A model generated the notes under the pieces. It ran no database searches, was not told the DNA's origin, and saw only the letters and a program-made list of their open reading frames with translations. From Alloascoidea hylecoeti (Eukaryota), in assembly GCA_001600815.1 (NCBI GenBank), contig BCKZ01000005.1:912875-976874 (forward strand): 64,000 nt of DNA, in the 5' to 3' direction. Positions within the stretch are counted from its first letter, which is position 1. The number at the start of each line of letters is the position of its first letter. Both the position numbers and the translations under genes were made by a program. Below, piece by piece: positions 61,423-64,000 of the stretch.

Positions 61423-64000
61423 TTAACCTTTTTTGGAACTATCTATAATCGATTTTTCATCATCTGATTCAACATGATCATATACATCGTAGTCATCTTC
61501 TGAATCCCTTAACTTCATTTTATCGAAATCTAAATGATTAACTTCCCAAGAATTCGAAAACGGAATATGTATTGACTTTTCGTTATTTGCAGCATTAACA
61601 GAATCTGAACCGTGGTCAGTATTATAATTATCTTCTATCACTGTTTCAAAATTCGAATATTGCCCATTTCTATAGTCAGAATTAAGATTGCTGCTGTGAA
61701 TGTGTTTATTGTTGCTTGGTTCAAAGTTACCAATTGCGAAATCATCACCACCAGTAATTGATCTTATGATCTTTAATCTTTCTTCTTTAGTTATATCTTT
61801 ATCATTTTTCTTCATTTCATGTCTATCACATTCGGGAACGTCATTCCTATGACCAATAGACATCCCGACTCTAATTAATGTTTCCAAAGATTGATTTGAA
61901 TTATATTGTAAATCTTCATCAAAAACAAATCCTGAATCTTTTTGAAATAATAATAGTAAAGTTGATCCTCCAAATTTGAAATATCCTAACTCATCACCCT
62001 TTTTAACATATTCTCCTTCCTTAGCTGTAATGATTGTACTACCAACCATCATTGCACCAACACAAACAACCATAACTAGTCCAAATGATTCCGTTTCAAT
62101 TGGAACTAAAACTCTAACATTTTCTCCATAAACATCAATTTCGGATCTAATTGCCATTGGATTAACTGTATAATATTCTCCTTCAATGAATGTAATTTTT
62201 CCAATTTTACCGCTTATTGGCATATGAAATCTGTGATAATCTTGTGGAGATAATCTAAAGATTGCAATTGGTCCATCAATAAAACTATCGATAGGTATAT
62301 AAGATTCATTATTAAATAGTTTTTGCAAGGTAAATTTTCTACCTTTTATCCAAATTTCTTGAGCAATTGAAACAGTTTCAAAAACCATACAACGACAATC
62401 AGCAGAAGAAGTAACAATTAAATTATTATCTTTATCATCAATTGGTCTTGATTCAGGTTTTAATTTTCTATAAAAAAATTCATTAAAAGTTTTATAATTA
62501 CCTAAATATGATTCACCAAATTCATTATCAGCATATAAAGTATCAGATAAATCTAATTTATGAAATTTTATAAAAGATTTTATATCATTTTTTGAATTAA
62601 TTGAATCATATTTTTTTCCCTGTTTAATTGATAAATTTTTTAAAATTCTTCTGATTTTTTTACTTTCAACACCTTTTCCTTGATCAATACCTTTATATAA
62701 TAATCGTATACCCAATCTAACATAAGCACTCATTTTTTCTTCTAAAATTATACCAGTATCACGATCTTGTACTAAAATATTTGCAGAATTTTTACCAATA
62801 CCATATTTTCCATATGATAATTTAATTAACATTTTTGAATACCATCTTTTTGCTGCAAAACTTGATGTTGCATATGTATTCATACATAATCTATTAACTG
62901 AACTCCAATCTTTGCTTGCACATAATGCCATATGTGTAATTATGTCAATATCCGTTTTTTTACCCAATCGTTTTTTACCACAGATTGGGCATGTATCAAC
63001 TTTTAAAATATGATTTTCGACATTTTCATTAAATTGATTATTAATATCATTGATTGGATTAGAAATTGAATCATCGGAATTAACATATAAAGATGAATCA
63101 ATCGGGCTTGTAGCATCAGTATCAATGGTAACTATAGATGGTGTCTGTTCAGATCCTTCAAGTTCAACTTTTGCAACAGGAATGGTTTGTTGGGATAATA
63201 TCGAGCCCGAGGATACTTTAGACTTATGTTTTCGTTTTTGTATTTCGGCCAATTTCTCCATCTCATTTTCTAAAAATAAAACAGTCTCATTAATTGATAA
63301 ATCTTCATTATGATCACCAGTACCAATACCAGCACCATTACCATTTAATTTTTTATAAGACATTAATTTAAAATGATTTCTAATATAATCTTCACTTAAA
63401 AAATTCGAACCTAATGATTCTAATAATGATGATAATTCAACTATACTAATTGTATTTGAATCATCAAAATCATAATTTAATAATAATGATTTAAAAAATT
63501 GTTGTCTTAATGCTTTATATGGTATAAATGATGCTCTATATGTTAATTTTGGTTTATATTTATTATTCCATTTTAATTCATGATGAAGCTTTAAATCAAT
63601 TGTTTTCTTTTCTTGATTATAATTTAATTTATTTGTTATTGTAGGGAAAGCGTTTGAAAGAGATAAAGGGTCGTTATTATTATTATTATCATTAATATTA
63701 TTATTACTATTATTATTTTGTTTAAATTTCTTTAAATTTGTTAAATCAACACAAGAACTAACTCGTGAACTAAATTTTGAATTTGTATTTGAATTTGCTG
63801 TTGTGTTTGCATTTGTATTTAAGTTTGAATTGATATTTGAATTTAAATATGAAATATCATATAAAGAAGTTTCAGTATTTGGTTTTGGACCATCATTGAT
63901 TAATTCTGATAGTGAAATATTACCAAATGCAACTGAATCATGTGTTGATATTCTATCTTTATCCATAACCACTAATTGAATTGAATAATTTTTTTCTAAC
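61423..64000 (-). CDS. PSD2: Phosphatidylserine decarboxylase 2 (5' end lies outside the window)
   Basis: Frame is open to the window edge within a C2-like segment; EF-hand-like DFDDSNTISIVE; FNEFFYRKLK, RLSPQDYHRFH and the GGST cleavage motif. Confidence 0.93.
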   Translation of the reverse strand, partial: LEKNYSIQLVVMDKDRISTHDSVAFGNISLSELINDGPKPNTETSLYDISYLNSNINSNLNTNANTTANSNTNSKFSSRVSSCVDLTNLKKFKQNNNSNNNINDNNNNNDPLSLSNAFPTITNKLNYNQEKKTIDLKLHHELKWNNKYKPKLTYRASFIPYKALRQQFFKSLLLNYDFDDSNTISIVELSSLLESLGSNFLSEDYIRNHFKLMSYKKLNGNGAGIGTGDHNEDLSINETVLFLENEMEKLAEIQKRKHKSKVSSGSILSQQTIPVAKVELEGSEQTPSIVTIDTDATSPIDSSLYVNSDDSISNPINDINNQFNENVENHILKVDTCPICGKKRLGKKTDIDIITHMALCASKDWSSVNRLCMNTYATSSFAAKRWYSKMLIKLSYGKYGIGKNSANILVQDRDTGIILEEKMSAYVRLGIRLLYKGIDQGKGVESKKIRRILKNLSIKQGKKYDSINSKNDIKSFIKFHKLDLSDTLYADNEFGESYLGNYKTFNEFFYRKLKPESRPIDDKDNNLIVTSSADCRCMVFETVSIAQEIWIKGRKFTLQKLFNNESYIPIDSFIDGPIAIFRLSPQDYHRFHMPISGKIGKITFIEGEYYTVNPMAIRSEIDVYGENVRVLVPIETESFGLVMVVCVGAMMVGSTIITAKEGEYVKKGDELGYFKFGGSTLLLLFQKDSGFVFDEDLQYNSNQSLETLIRVGMSIGHRNDVPECDRHEMKKNDKDITKEERLKIIRSITGGDDFAIGNFEPSNNKHIHSSNLNSDYRNGQYSNFETVIEDNYNTDHGSDSVNAANNEKSIHIPFSNSWEVNHLDFDKMKLRDSEDDYDVYDHVESDDEKSIIDSSKKG

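Noticed and set aside
2172..63313. Short ORFs overlapping large genes (e.g. 2172-2432, 7104-7397, 13920-14321, 17870-18190, 59413-59913)
   Set aside because: Alternative-frame or antisense by-products of real CDSs and low-complexity codons, with no independent signals

Overview
AT-rich fungal genomic DNA, most likely an early-diverging budding yeast (Saccharomycotina). This is inferred from short GT-AG introns with (A/T)CTAA(C/T) branch points and an intact Aquarius helicase. Two compact blocks hold conserved genes: EDE1-like, VanZ-like, MRX8, GAR1, Aquarius, TIM10, CYT2, ERG8 and IRA at 6.4-32.4 kb, and CSF1 and PSD2 at 51.4-64 kb. Two gene-poor accessory zones alternate with them. The first (1-6.4 kb) holds a glycine-zipper hydrophilin, a spliced 65-aa microprotein missing from the ORF track, and Tc1 and pogo transposase relics. 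The second (32.4-51.4 kb) holds a secreted asparaginase, an FTR1 iron permease with no FET3 partner, a frameshifted adhesin-like pseudogene, a Ty1/copia relic, and an NRPS-like A-T-R carboxylic acid reductase. A TA-flanked Tc1/mariner-type MITE family occurs at least five times. Its TIR is about CAGTCATTCCRCTTAATWTCGGCCAC, and it carries ~23-24 bp periodic TGGCCGAATA subterminal arrays. Introns were read by eye and gene calls rest on remembered family motifs; no searches were run.
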